From: Podarcis filfolensis
Lineage: Eukaryota
Length of the DNA stretch: 64,000 nt
NCBI GenBank assembly: GCA_964270895.1
Contig: OZ185441.1
Strand: one strand, 5' to 3'
Below, in pieces: positions 1-13,571 of this stretch (its first letter is position 1; every line of letters starts with the position of its first letter). The position numbers and the translations under genes are program-made. The notes beneath the pieces were generated by a model. It saw only the letters and a list, made by a program, of their open reading frames with translations, was not told the DNA's origin and did not search any database.

Positions 1-267
1 TTTCTTGTGTATAAAAAAGGAACAATGCTGCCTGCCTCAGTTGGCTACAGTGAAGATAAAATATAAAGCTGTTTCTGTGTTAATAGAAAATGTGATTTTG
101 AAAATGAGAAATTAAATTGAGAAGACTGGTAATGTGGGATGATCTTCCAGTGGCAAAGTTCTGATATCTAATTAATTTTCACAACGGCAGTGTGATAATC
201 TAGATAGAGCTCATCTTTAATGTTACCAGGATCACATAAAAGGTGTTTTACTTGCAAATTCCTCTGT

Positions 268-310
268 GTGTGAGAGAGAGAGAGGGAGGGAGGGAGGGAG
301 GGAGAGAGAG
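268..310. repeat. Compound (TG)(GA)n(GGGA)n microsatellite
   Basis: Seen directly. Confidence 0.9.
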
Positions 311-519
311 AAATTCAAGATCTAGAAGCTGTAGCTCACACTACAATAAGTGGAATATCATAGGACTGTTGATCAAATCTGGATTATTGCTTTTAAATGC
401 ATAATTTGGTATCTCACCTTACCATATTGATTTAAAAGGTGGGGGATATATTTTAAAATCATTGAAGTATGGGACTTCTTCAGCAAGTGACAAAAACTGC
501 AAACAATAAACTAAGATGC

Positions 520-850
520 AGAAAGAAAGAAAGAGGGTGGTGGAGGACAAACCTAATAGAACCATCAAAAGTCATAGATGTAGTTGAACAGATAAAGCCT
601 AATAAAGCTGCCAGAAAGGATTTAATAATTACGGGAATACTAAAGGCACTGAGCGATGCCTGGAAGGTACGGAAAGTGAAGGTATGAACTCATTCCTAAT
701 CAAAAGCAGATGCAACCTGGGTTGGGGAAATATGTCCCCATTGAAAAAATATCAAAGATAAATGCCCCAGACAATAATAATTTAGAGCTGAGTTTCCTGA
801 CCCACTTTTCAGTGTGCAAAACTATTTGCTGTGGCATATGGCCTGTGCAA
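520..850 (+). mobile_element. Degenerate non-LTR retrotransposon reverse-transcriptase fragment (RTE-like)
   Basis: Peptide IEPSKVIDVVEQIKPNKAARKDLIITGILKA resembles the LINE motif EV..A+..+K.NKAPG.D.I..E+LK; downstream sequence is frameshifted. Confidence 0.55.
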
Positions 851-1337
851 TCTAGAGGGATAAAAAAGCTAATTTGAAACTTGTCAAAGCACTGTGCAGC
901 TTAATCCAATACATGTTTCTTCAAAAGTCTCTACACAGCCCAATAGGAGCTTCTTCCATATAAGTACATTGGTTTCACAGTCTTTGAAGATTGCAAATTG
1001 AAGGCATATGCATCCATTTTATTATTAGGGATGTTAAAAAGGCATTGCAACATTCTGCAGATTCAACATTTGCATACTGTAGACATCACTTCCTCCTCAG
1101 TGCTGCTGTGTCATGATCTGTCAAGATTTTCCAAAACGTCTTCTTACACAGTCCATCCATGTCCTGTATCTGGACCGACTTCACACAGGCTAAAGAATAA
1201 TGCAAAGGGATGTTGAGGATAATCTCTGTAGCCTCCAATATTGTAATTATTATTATTCACCCAAAGATTCCAGGGCAAGTTACAACAATTAAAACATTAA
1301 TATTAGAACACAATATTACACAGTACTAAAAACAGTT

Positions 1338-1548
1338 ACAGATAGGTAGCCGTGTTGGTCTGCCATAGTCAAAACAAAAAAATATTTTTTTCCTTCCAGT
1401 AGCACCTTAAAGACCAACTAAGTTAGTTCTTGGTATGAGCTTTCGTGTGCATGCACACTGAAGTGTGCATGGACACGAAAGCTCATACCAAGAACTAACT
1501 TAGTTGGTCTTTAAGGTGCTACTGGAAGGAAAAAAATATTTTTTTGTT
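1338..1548. mobile_element. Penelope-like retroelement remnant: inverted terminal-repeat hairpin with 16-bp TSD
   Basis: Arms 1373-1458 and 1463-1548 (86 bp, 1 mismatch); direct repeat AGTACTAAAAACAGTT at 1322-1337 and 1549-1564. Family assignment is from recalled squamate Penelope termini. Confidence 0.7.
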
Positions 1549-3299
1549 AGTACTAAAAACAGTTTGAAACAACCTAAAATTACAAAGGTAAGGTAGGTAC
1601 TAAAAATAGACATCTCAAGTGTCAAAAGCCAGGGTGAAAGATCCACACTGAAAGCCTTTTGTATCTGTGGAGGTCACCCAAACATTTAAGAACCCTGGAA
1701 CAGAAGGGGGTCTAAAACAAGCAGGGAACCTCGTGGGTACACTAAACAAGGCCAGCCTACCATTAGGAAAAATATGAGGCAGCAGACAATTGCCTTCCAC
1801 AAATTCAATGGCAATGGGGTGAAGGAGAACGCTTTCACTTGCCCCCACTGGCCCTTCTCTCGTGATTTAACTTAAATCTGATGCCTGCATGAGGATTTTA
1901 TTTTGTCATAATAAGAGGACCAGACTCTACCATGCTAGAGGGAGCTTCTTATCTGACCCTTCCCAGTAGAGGTAAAGTGGAGAGGGTGCATTTCTACTGC
2001 AGCTGGGGAATAGGCTGTGGGTCTTCAGTCAGGGAACGCACCTGGTTTCCATCAAAAGTGCTGGATGCTGGAGAAGAGGCTTTAAAACTTCGGTTAGAAA
2101 GATAAACACTACTGTTTAAGAACACTGTTACCTATCATAGTTATGCACTGTTTCTAGAAGGTTGTCTTTCACTGCTGTGAGAAGTTTTAACTGTATCATT
2201 TTAGTATTGACAAGTTTGCTGCCCTTTGGTGAAAGATCACAATATAAATTTAATCATTAACAACAGCAGGCATTAGAAAGGCAGAATATAAATTGCTTGT
2301 CCATCTAAATAAGTAAAGTAAAGTAAATAATTGGAAGCGGTAGATTCTTCCATATTACCTGTCTCTCTAAACCTGCTTTCATACAGTATATTCAGGCAAT
2401 GATCACATGAGCAGTCTCTGAAACTCACTTCTCCCCGCTGTGTTTCAAGTGGTATTCTTATGTTGCTGTGCAAACATCAGGAATGTCTTCACCTGATTTG
2501 TTTCTCCACACCAAACCCCAGTTCAATGTGCAATGGCTGTCTGAAATGTACACACGTCAGCTTAACCATGGCTTATGTGTTCAAGTTGGATGGAGCTGTT
2601 TGAGGGAAAGCACATCAGAGAGGGATATTTCTCAAGACACCACAGAATTGTGGCTAATGTCATGCATACTTGGCTTCAAACACCAGCTGTGGAAATGTAC
2701 TGGTGCTGGAGTAAACAGTCTATCCAGAGGGAGTAGATAGTTCCCTGACTGTCCTCCGGAAATTTTCTATCGGCATGGTCAGCTATTATTCATGACACTG
2801 CTCAACTGGGAAAATGACACAATGTAAATATTATCACTCCCAGATTTTTTGCCACCACAAACTAGGGACTGTTTTCTTCCTAGAGAGTTTAGGGGCTACA
2901 AAGCTCTAGGTTTGCCATACAAGACGTTATTGAAGGAAGACTCAGTCTGACTCCAACTGCAGGTTAGATCACACTTGAAGGAATACTGCCTCACTGTCAC
3001 AGCCGCACCATACCTTTTAAGCGCATGGCTTCCCTCAAAGAATCCTCACAGAACTACAATTCCCTGCACCCTTAATAAACCATGGTTCCCAGGATTCTTT
3101 GGAGAAAGCCATGGGCTTGAAATGTGGTTGATATGTATGGTGTGCATGGTGACAAAGACATCTATAGCACTGTTCATGTGATCAAAGAGCAAGTGTGAGC
3201 ATACCGTGTGGAGGAGGCATGAGAATGTGCTCACCAGCTGCGCCCCCAACATCACCATTCCCACTGCTCCAACCCGACTGCCTCATGTTGGATGGGAAG

Positions 3300-3700
3300 G
3301 TCAAATGTGTGGTTCTTCATGTATGAACTTACCTTCCTGCAGTGGAGAACCTTCCCAGTTGCATGGAGGATTCTAAGCACGTTATGCTGAAAGCGCTTAG
3401 ACTCCCCTTTAAGAACTTCCCACTCAACACAAGAAATTGAGGGGCTCACAGGGACAGTGGAGGTGGTGCGTGCCCCCCCCATATGCACTTTCTGCCCACA
3501 TGACTTATTTGAGCACAACGCTATTGTGTCTGCTTAGTCTTTGCCTGCAGAGATTTCCTGGGTGATAAAGAGCTTATTATATGCTAAGCCCTGGGATGGT
3601 TTGCTGGAACCTTCAGAGGCTTGCTGTGACTTATTTGCAAGGCACTTTGTGGATAAAATCACTCACATCTGTTTCAATGGATTCCACTTTAGATGGAGTG
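3300..3700 (+). mobile_element. Degenerate L2 LINE ORF2 fragment
   Basis: Peptide EACCDLFARHFVDKITHI resembles the L2 motif C..FA.HF..KI..I. Confidence 0.55.
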
Positions 3701-3854
3701 GTTCATGCACATACACAGAAAGAGAGACAGACAGAGACACATCACTGTTCCTTGAATTAGGCTTTAAAGTTCAGCACCAGTACTTTGAATTGAGGCTGAA
3801 TGCAAATATGTGTCTGTGAATATGGCTTCACACATGGATAATATTATCTAATCT

Positions 3855-3940
3855 GCAGGTGCCAAGCAGCAGCGAAATTATGAACCAGATGAAGTTTCTG
3901 AATTGTCTTCAAAGGCAGTTCCAAGAAGAGTTCATTACAG
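3855..3940 (-). mobile_element. L2 LINE ORF2 C-terminal fragment
   Basis: Minus frame LFLELPLKTIQKLHLVHNFAA resembles L2 LPLKT.RKLQLVQNAAA. Confidence 0.6.
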
Positions 3941-5104
3941 AGATCAAATTTCAGTGCGACTAGGGCATGAATGACGGGTGTCATTTATGAATCACATGCA
4001 TTCAGGTGCACCGGGGATGTTACTATATACAGAATCCAAAAAGGAGCTGTTTTCTGTATGGACCTTCTCTGTTCCTTTCCATTTGAAAGCATCCCCAACC
4101 CCATTTTGGGTTGTGGGGAGGACTCTTTAACCAAATAGTAAAATCAATGGAGTAAATGGCTTTCACCCCAGGCCCACTACGAACTAAATCAACAGCTTAT
4201 AAATTATGCTTCCTAATTTTTACTACCATGCACTTTGTTTAATGGATTTTTAGTTTTTTGTGATAAGAAGCACATGATTATGTGTTCCAAAATATCGGCC
4301 CCTTCCCATGTCAAATTTGGTACAATGACCTTTTTCTTATCATTTAGACAGGAATTACATCTCTTATCTTGTTCCCATAATACTTCCATGCCAAGCCAAT
4401 GCGATGAGGACAGTACACTAAGTGCTGGGTGCAAAAACTATTCTAGATGAGTCCAAAAACAACAAGCAAGGTTGCAGTCGCAGCCCGTCATATAATGCTA
4501 AGAACTGGCTAAGAACAGTATAAAATGTAAGCCTCCACTTTAAATACCTTTTCCTATTTTCTTTTTTTTAAAAAACAGGACCAAGGGCCTAAGAGGTTTT
4601 AGAGATTTATTTTCTGTTATTGTGCAAAGCCTTATCTCTGCTTAGAGTGTTTGGGCATGTGTTTTCGGCCTGTATTTCAAAAAATGACACACAGACAGCA
4701 CCTGGGAGAAGGAGGCTGTTTTCCTAATCCCAGACAGTTTTGATGAGTTGAAATCCTATTCTCAGCCCCAGTCTGCAGGCCCTATCTGGCAGTAGCCACA
4801 AAGGGCTCCTCCATTAATCTGCTCAAAAAGAATCCCAGGGTGAGCTTCACAGCAAAAGCCTCTGAAAGAGCAGAGAAGACACAGATGCCTAATCCCACCA
4901 ATTGACACTGCAATTTAGTTAGGAAATAAGTAAAGCACATAGCCACAGTCATCGTAAATCACTTGCTGTAAATCAGACACTGTGGCAGAACTGGAGGGGG
5001 AAGACCAGAGAGAGAAGGAGAGCTCTCTTTTCTATTTGCCCATTAAAATTACAAGAGCAGTCAATACAAATTCCTTCCAAGTTATTACTCTCCCCCTTCC
5101 AAAG

Positions 5105-5180
5105 TACAGAATCGCAGAATTTTAGAGATGGGAGGAACCCAAAGGGTCATGTTGACTAACATCTTGCAATGCAGAGATGC
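5105..5180 (-). mobile_element. CR1 LINE 3' end fragment
   Basis: cagaatcgcagaatttagagatgggaggaacccaaagggtcat, the reverse of the CR1 ttctatgattc-type tail; degenerate. Confidence 0.45.
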
Positions 5181-7554
5181 AATCCTGGGAACCGCTAAGA
5201 TCCTTTAAAGAAAAGCATTTCCAATTTGAGCAGGGACCCTGGCATCCAAGGCCCTGGGGCCATTTTGGGCAGGGACAGACCTTGCCCCCATCTCAGGGAT
5301 GCCTTATTGCAGCTCCCTTGACTTCCATGGGAGAATACCATAAAACCCGACATTCACCTTAATGGGGGGGAATGAGGGAGCTGAGTTTAGGAACCCCAGA
5401 GACTCTATTGTCAAGAGCAAGGTGAATTTTATACCCATTCCACCAGTTTGCATGCATTCAGGAAGTAATTGCACAAGGCATTTCGCTGCCTGAAGTGGAA
5501 CAAATGCCCAGTGTGGCCATTGGCTAACTATTAACTTTCCCCTCCCCAACGGTAGCACCCTTAAACAGGTTGCTTCATTCTACTACTTAAAGACTGTCCT
5601 GACATTATGTGAAATATAAATAGATGGTGATTGTTTTAAAAATCCTGCTGCATGGTAGGGCCAATCCTTTTCTTCAGATAAATCATTTTCAATGTCATCC
5701 TTTCAGTCAAATCGCATTCAATGCAGCTCCCATTGCATAGTAGTTGTATGTCTGCAGCTTTCTGTTTGCAGTTCTGACCACACTCCCTGATAATTCTCTT
5801 CTCCCACTGTTTTTTGAGCAAAGCAAATACTCTCAAATCATTATTTATCTGTATTTAGTGTTTTATCAGGTGCAACACCATGATAAAATACAGGCTTTTC
5901 TAGATTAGAATATGGATAATTGCTTTGGATTTGGTCAGAATTTACCCTTAAAGCTTATCTCATAACAGTATCCTTCAGGTGAGCCAGTGATGGCTTCAGA
6001 GCAAGAAATAAATGAAGGGTTGAAATTGGGAGAATAGAGTGTTACCCCTCAGGGAAGTTAAGTACCAAGAGTGGGGCACTTGCTGAAATCTTTGCTTTCA
6101 GTAAACAGAATGCTGTTTGGATAAGTTCAGGGTGGTAAGCCTTTCTAAATTGCTGGAGATTTGCAATAATTGCAAATAGGTTTTACAGGCAATTACAGAA
6201 AATTGGATGCATTGAGTTAAGTAAGAGGACAATTTCTCTTGAAGTTGCAATATGATCTGGGTTGTGGGGGGGGCGGGTTAAGGAAAAAAAGGGGGGGAAT
6301 CATTCATCCAATTCACCACAAGCTCTCCGGCTTACAAAATTATGATGGTCACCTCTCCATCCATATGACTGACAGAGCAAACAGAAGCACCACTGAGAAC
6401 TGTTCAGCCTATACAACTAGCAGCCTGTCTTGGCACAGGGATACCCCACCACTTATCTTTCTAGGGAAGCTTTCCATAGCTCCTTGTTGTGCATTAACAT
6501 CACCAAACTGAGGGCCTGAGAAGCTATACAAAATGCATGATTAATTTGGTGGTGACAGTGCACTGGATGCAGAGTAAACAGGAGTGTGTACACTTTCCAA
6601 ATCATCAAAACACGCTCTCCTGGCTGTGCTGCAACCTGTAGAAATCCGTTTGGCAGCAGCCAGGGGGAGAGCCTTTGGGGTAATGACCCTTTTCCCTTGG
6701 AATCACCTCCCCTCTAAACTAAGACAGGCACTGATATTGCTGCCATTTTGACACCTGCTAAAAACTTATTTATTCTCCCAAGCCTTTGCTGGACATCAGT
6801 CCCAGTTGATTGTAATAACTTGTTATGCCTATTCGGCCTGCTACACTGTCTTCTGTTTTATTTATTCTGCAATAAAATGTAAATACATCACACTGCCTTG
6901 AGGTGCTTAAGTGGAAAGTGGTATAGAAATCATGTTAATTGATAAAGACTAGTAAATATATTTGGTTCACTAAAAAGTAAAAACTGTGTTTAGTAAATAA
7001 AATATTTATTGTTTAACTAGACTTTTTAAAGTTGGGTGCAATTAAGCTTAATAGTTCAATTACATCCCATATGTTTTTTGTTTTGTACATTGTACATCCT
7101 GTACTGTTTTGGACAATGTTACAGTTCTGTTTCATATGAAATGTTTTTGTTCCTATGGCAGAAAAGAAAACCTCAGCTATATCTAGTTGGCATTTTCAAA
7201 ATTCTTTACTTATTTTGTTTTTACTGGATAGGAAGCAAAGTTTCTGGAAAATCCCTCCTGACACACGAGTCTCCTGGTTTCATGATGCTCTGTGTTCCTT
7301 AACCTTCCACTGCCAACTGAAATAAGTTTATAAGGCACTTTGGAAACAACTACTAGAGTTTAACACTCGGATCTACTGCTGCTGCTATGCCATATATACC
7401 CAAATCACATTTAAATTCTACTACTTCTTACCAAAGCCCTATAGAGAAGGAACGTGGGGGGGAGATGGCCTTAGTATTATTATTTTAGTGTTTTATTTAT
7501 TTATCACAGTTGTATATCACTGTTTCCCACCCAAAGTGGGAATACAAGTTTCTT

Positions 7555-7706
7555 CCCTTCCTCATTTCATCCCTGCAAGAACCCTGTGAGGCAAGTCAGG
7601 CTCAGAGCAAGTGACTGGTCCAAGACCACCCAGTGAGCTTCATGGCCAAGTGGGGATTTGAACGAGGGAATCCCAGGTCCTAGTCTGACATTCTAACTAC
7701 TACACC
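7555..7706 (-). mobile_element. tRNA-derived squamate SINE (CORE/Squam-like)
   Basis: Minus strand begins GGTGTAGTAGTTAGAATGTCAGACTAGGACCTGGGA... with B-box-like GTTCAAATCC; related copies at about 16855-17005 (+), 46845-46905 (+) and 57100-57210 (-). Confidence 0.6.
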
Positions 7707-9531
7707 GGAGTGGCTCTCTAATGTTCTACCTCGCTGTCTGGGGTAGTGTATGCTTCTGAATGCTGGGAGTTGTTAGTGGGGAGAGTTGCTGCTGCACTCA
7801 GGTCCTGCTTGTGGCTTCCCAGAGGCAACTAGTTGGCCACTATGTGTACAAGGGACTAGATGGGTCTTTGGTGTGCTCTAGGAGGGCTCTCCTTATGTTT
7901 TGTTGTGTCCTTCTGGCTGTTTGTCTCCTCCTGCTAGTGTAGGCAGGAAACAAACAACGATTCCTTGCTTAGCATTCCATCTGAATCAGAGATGAACCAT
8001 GATCTGTAAACCAAGAACAACCTTGGCAAAAGATTCTGGCTTGTTAGGGAGTGAAACAAACATAATATCTGATTGAGATGTGATGCTAAGCAAGGGCAGA
8101 CTTTGGTCTTTCAAATTTCAGTGTGTAAAGCCAAAATTCCCCCTGCCCATCTGTCACCTTCCATTCGGCTCAGTTCAATATGCCCTGCTGTGCAGCCCCT
8201 CGGTTTGGTGCCCAGTGTGGGGAAGTCAGTCGTGCTGCCCTAAATCTGCCTCTGAGCTAATCCAGAGACTGTGGTTTGTTTCCTCCTAATGCAAAGGAGG
8301 AACAGGCAAGTGGTCAATATTGGCATGTTCAAAATGAACCATTAACTATAGTTACCTGCGATGTGTGAACAAGGCCATTGTCTATCACATATGTGTGATA
8401 TACAATTGCCATCATTTGTTACATGCCATGATGCTTTGCCCTCTTACAAGTAAGATGCTACAGCCCAAATCCACTAATTTCTTGTGGGTGCTTCCTCTAA
8501 CAGTTTAGCGGGAGAGAGTGGATCTATATAGTCAAGGACACTTTCAACCTGATCAGAACCAGGTTCATTTGGAAACATTTCAGTGGGACTTCCAAGTAAC
8601 AAGGCTTGGGAACATGATGCAAGTGTGGTAGGAATACCCTGTTATGCAGACACATTATGCTCTCAGATAAATGCCACAGTTTCTACAACTCTGCATTGAT
8701 GAGAAGGTAATGCAATATTCCATTTATTATCTACCAACAGATGGCAGTGATCCCCTAGTTTGCTGCAAGCTTAATAAAACTCAGGTGTGTTCAAGTGGTC
8801 CACTGCATATGGGTCAACATTCTACCCAAATGATGTTTTGTTACCTGTGATTTAATGTATTTGTGCAAACATTGATATATTTTTCTCATTTTCAGATATG
8901 AGAGACCAACTTAATGCTATGTCCTAAGTAGGTTGCCATCACTAGTTTCAAGTTTAGGATCTTTCCTACTTCAACTTTATAAAGCCTGGGCTAGATCCAG
9001 TTTTGGTCATATTAATTTAAGTTAGTAGTTCCAGTGACTGTACCCTAAGCATGATTTAGCTTATGTTTGGGACTACAACTCCCCTCATCCATAAGTACTG
9101 GTCATGCTAGACTGAATGGAATTGTAGTCCTCATCATCTGGAAAGCACCACATTGCTCTGTGGTTTAAATCCAACTTCCTATGCATTTTTCCATTGTTTT
9201 AGTTGGTCTTTAGAATTACTTTTCTTTAATGTACTCAGTAAACCAAACCTGTCAGGAAAACCTCTATTTTCCCCTCATGTTTGTTTTCCTCATCTTTCTA
9301 TGGAATATGGCTGCAAAGAACAATTGACCACTAATAACCAGACAATTTGGTTGGGAGGGATCCCGCAATAGAATGTCTGCATGTTCTTCGTTTTCCAGTG
9401 AAATGTTGCTGAGCCATGACTGATTTAATACTTGTTTCACTCTGTCTGCTTCCTTTTTGTGGAGATGCTTAAACAGTCGAAAAGAAGCAAACAAATGCCA
9501 GTTCTGCTATGGAGCCAACATCAAAAAGGGA

Positions 9532-9533
<2 letters not shown>

Positions 9534-9584
<51 letters not shown>
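9534..9584. repeat. (AG)n microsatellite, 51 bp
   Basis: Seen directly; source of the ERERER ORF. Confidence 0.98.
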
Positions 9585-9587
<3 letters not shown>

Positions 9588-11245
9588 TATTTAAATAATA
9601 TCCATCAATTTGTCTGATGCTGAGAAAAGACTCAACTTCGTACTTGAAGCACTGATGAACTCATCACCCTGATTAAATAAACATTTCCCTCCATAACATT
9701 GGTGAAAGAATGCAGCATAGATTTCTGCTCTCAATTCAAGAAGAAACTTTTGGGATTGTGTACAAGAAAAAGTTCAGAAAATGATGCACAATTTGGGAAA
9801 CTGGACACAGGTAAAAATTTGGGGTTTTCATTAATGCAGCTTACTGCTACATTTGGGAAGGGATCACTGTGTACATGCACACAGAGATGACACATCTATG
9901 CTATGACTCCCTTCCTTGACTGAATCTCATGAGCTGAATTCTTGTTACTCACTGCTTTTTTCAGAAATTGTTCATTCACAATCAACGCATTTGCATAAAA
10001 CATTGGTAGAATATCAAGACATTCCTAGATAGGAACAAGGAAAGTGGAGAAACATTCTTGTAAATTAGTCAGTGTCTGGATATAATTTCCGATAACCAAA
10101 GGTTATTTTGGCACGTTTCGAGTATGAAAACAGGAACCTGTAGACATGCGGGAGTAAGTATCTGTCTGTGCAAATGTCAGTTTGGCCCAAAGGATTCTAA
10201 ACTCTGACTGGTGACTAGACTACAGAAAATTCATGACCTTGACATGGCCCATAAAAGTGTACAAGAAGCGCACTTCTCATCTTAGTGTGATTTACAGTTG
10301 CTACGAATTATCTGGAATTCCTAAGCTAGTGCAATGTGTCAGTGAAAGGATTTGCCTTATCTGCCAGAACACTGGAAGATAAATGGAGATAATTATGAGG
10401 TTACTTTGCAGCAGCTTCAGCTAAAAGAAATTTTGAAGTGAAACACTTCAAACACAGAAGCAAATTGAATGGGACAGTTTCCAAGCAGTTTTGTTTCTTT
10501 CATAAACTGAAACCTAAAGATGTAACAGGAGCGAGGGGTGGGATAGGTTTGTATCAGGTGGGATGCTGATTATTTTTTGTAGAATTTTCAATGGGCCTGA
10601 TCAGGCAATACTTCTCCCCTGATCCCCACACAAATTACTTGCTTGGAGTTCTGCAACTCTAGGCTGACCATTGGCAGACTTTGGGCTCTAAAATTTCTGT
10701 GGCACCCTGTGTGGCACTAAAATTTGGCTCCCCCTGTCTCTTACTCTCTGTTCTCTGTCATTGTTGCAGTGCCACCTGTAGTGCCAGCACCCAGTGTGGC
10801 CGAATTGGTCACACCACCCTAAAACCTTTTCTTGATGTGCGTTGTGCCTGACTAAAGCATTGTCAGGCATCCATCATAGACCATTGTGAGGAATCCATCA
10901 TACTGAATGGATTCCTGTTCATAGTATAGACAGAGCACATGGACCCACCCCAATTCCTTGCACTAAACCAGATCAAAGGGGAAGCATAATCTAAACTAGC
11001 CCTAATCTAAACTAGCTCTATGAAACTCAATAATTAAATGATAAATAATGATAACTGTTGTTTTAATATTTATATATTGAAATGGTGCTATCAGATTTCA
11101 TGGCTTTAGCCACCACAGGTTCCCTTCAGGTAAAAAACCTGTGATTCCCCTCATAGGGTCTGATATGACTTCTTGATTGATTTGAAACTATTATATCTTG
11201 TCATTTTACTAGGTCAGTCTTCTCCATCCTAGTGCCCTCCAGATG

Positions 11246-11585
11246 AGGGATAGCCAGCATGGTGCCTTCAAGATGTTGCTGGACTGCAACTCAAAACTTC
11301 TCTAGCCATTGGCCATGCTGGCTGTGCTGATGGGAGTTGTGGTTCAGCAACATCTAGAGGCAACAAACTGGCTCCCCTTGCTCCACCGGCAAAAGCTCAG
11401 TGACCACAGATAATTCAGGTTGCATAGGAGCATCCTGCATTATCTTATAGACCAGTGGTAGCCAACCTAGTTCTCTTCAGATGTTGTTGAACTGCAACTC
11501 CTGTCAGTCCTGTGCCTTGATTGTGTTTGCTGGGGCTGATGGGAGTTGTAGTTCAACAACATCCGAGGGCACCATGTTAGCTATT
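11246..11585. mobile_element. Two adjacent fold-back MITEs (hAT-like, gatgttg...caacatc family)
   Basis: 11246-11378 and 11453-11585 each have inverted arms (agatgttgctggactgcaactc / ggagttgtggttcagcaacatct); related pieces near 9065-9150 and 50050-50140. Confidence 0.6.
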
Positions 11586-12110
11586 TTGATATAAACAAAT
11601 TCTTGAAAGAAAAGGTTTCAAGGCTACATACTAGAGATATGAAACTGGTCTGTTCTGAGGCCAAATAACAAAGTGAATCAGGATGATTTGGGGTGAATTT
11701 TGCCTCCTTCTGAATCAAACCACAGTGCCAATTATTCCCTTCACAAGTATAATCAGAGACTCAACAGTGTCTCATGTCACTCTGTTTTTCTGTACTCTCT
11801 AGTTTGCTGTACACATTATTTGTTTTTCTGTGTCTCTGTGTGTCTCTGCCAAAGGTTTTGCAATAAGTGATGTAGCACATGGCCTTTTAAAAAGTTATTT
11901 GTAAGCCATACATAATAATAATAATAATATAAAATGCAACCTGAAATGCATTTCTCCCTCATCCCCATGACCGATCTCTCAAGCACAATTGCTCTTGCAT
12001 TTTATGGTTAATTCAGAGTTATCAAATTAAGTTACAGGATTTACATCACAGTAATTCTTCTCAGTGCTCTCCCACCCCCTTTTACTACAAAACAACACAT
12101 TCCACATGGG

Positions 12111-12640
12111 CAGAGCTGGCCCAAGACATCTGAGGCATCTGAGGCAAACCACAAAATGGTGCCCCCACCCCCACCCCACCAGGGAAGAAAGCATGAGTGA
12201 ATATCTACATCAGGAACAAGCAAGAAATAAGGATCTTCATCGGGAAGAAGGAAGGTGGAATCAAATCAACCTTACCCAACAGCTGAAGTGGGAATCAAAA
12301 GCTGCCCCAGGGGGAAAAGGGGTCTGCTCTGAATCAGGTCAATCAGATGAAGACCCCAGAGGGCAGCCCCTGCCATTTCCTGCCTAGGGTGGAAGGAGAC
12401 CAGTTGTGCCTCCTATTCACTGAGAGACCACTGTAGAGGCGGGATGGAGGAGGGCTGCCGAGGAGGAAGCAGATCTGGCCTCCAAGGACAGCACTGCAGC
12501 CCTTGCTGTCACTACAGTAATGCAGCAGCAGCAGCAGCAGCAGCAGCTGAAGCCTTCCTTGGAGGATGGATCTGCTGCCCCCGTTAGTTCTGCCACCAGA
12601 GATGGTTGCCTCACCTCTCCTCATGGGTGGGCCGTCCCTC
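12111..12640. mobile_element. Old non-autonomous hAT-like element carrying a (CAG)8 tract
   Basis: Degenerate TIRs cagagctggccc / gggccgtccctc; flanks cacatggg and catatgtc match 5/8. Confidence 0.4.
12523..12546. repeat. (CAG)8 trinucleotide repeat
   Basis: Seen directly. Confidence 0.95.
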
Positions 12641-13019
12641 CATATGTCAAAGCTGGAAAGTGTCTAGGACAATCACAGCAATCATTCTTGACTACCAATT
12701 CAAGTTCCTAGCTGATTCAGAGCCAACAGTCTCATATAAAAGTTCCGCAAATAGGATTAATATTGGGAAACAGCCTTTAACTATGGCCAAACCACAGAAC
12801 CACAGAATAATGGGCAATTTGCAAGCCTATTTTTCTGTTTGGTGCACTAGCATGGGAAAACACGGATAGTGGCCTCAATAATTTTGGTCATGTTCCCAGA
12901 AGAGAGCCACTAATCCATTATCTTGGATTCAAAGAATGCCTTGACATGGTCTAGGACGGAGTGACTTTTTTCTTCTCCAAAAGCTATACTCTTGTTTTCA
13001 TTGCACACAGTTTTGAAGC

Positions 13020-13571
13020 TGTTGCTGGGATGGGGTTGAGACAAGAAAGTGTGGCGCCTCTAAGTTGCATGGCTATTGCCAGGGACCGTGCTGAGGAGGG
13101 CTGCACTGAGAAGGAATCTTCCCAGGAGCAGGAGGACAGTATAGATTTGGAACAGTGGTTTGCAGAGGGACATAGTTCAGAAGGCAGAAGCTGGGAAATA
13201 CTGGGTAGTGAACAGCTAGGAGGGGAAGAACTGAGAGAGAGAGAATGAGAGAGTGTTAACAGACTCACTGTCGCTGGAAAGCATGCATCTGCTCAGCCCA
13301 AGGTCAAGAAGAGCAGATAAGGTGGCAGCACAGAAATCACAGTGGCTGCGAGATCAGGTTGCAAGATGTGAGAGTGACGTGGGTGACTAGGGAGGAAGTG
13401 GGTGGAACCCTGAATTGGGAGCACCTTCATTCCTAAGAATGTATTCTTTGTTCTCTCGCTGTGATCATTAAAATTTCTAACTGGTAAGAGACTCCTTTCT
13501 CTTTGTTCTGCGTATCTAATGCCAAAGGGGTGGGATGGGGGGGTAGAAAGCCAAGTCCCTGGAGCCTGACA
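13020..13571 (+). mobile_element. Possible solo LTR (TGTTG...TGACA)
   Basis: Purine-rich U3-like body similar in style to 29333-29942 and ATTAAA near the 3' end; no TSD found. Confidence 0.4.

Noticed and set aside
3858-3990. Apparent plus-strand exon after ctgcag, open in two frames
   Set aside because: Explained as the antisense of an L2 ORF2 fragment.
7760-7820. Minus-strand PECSS resembling ALKAL SPECSKHF
   Set aside because: Only 4 residues match and a stop follows; no splice sites.
12343-12711. Poly-Leu signal-like ORF (minus) and poly-Gln ORF (plus) as gene candidates, including ALKAL1 exon 1
   Set aside because: Both come from a (CAG)8 microsatellite inside a repeat-like element; the minus ORF stops before the nearest donor and shows no homology I recognise.
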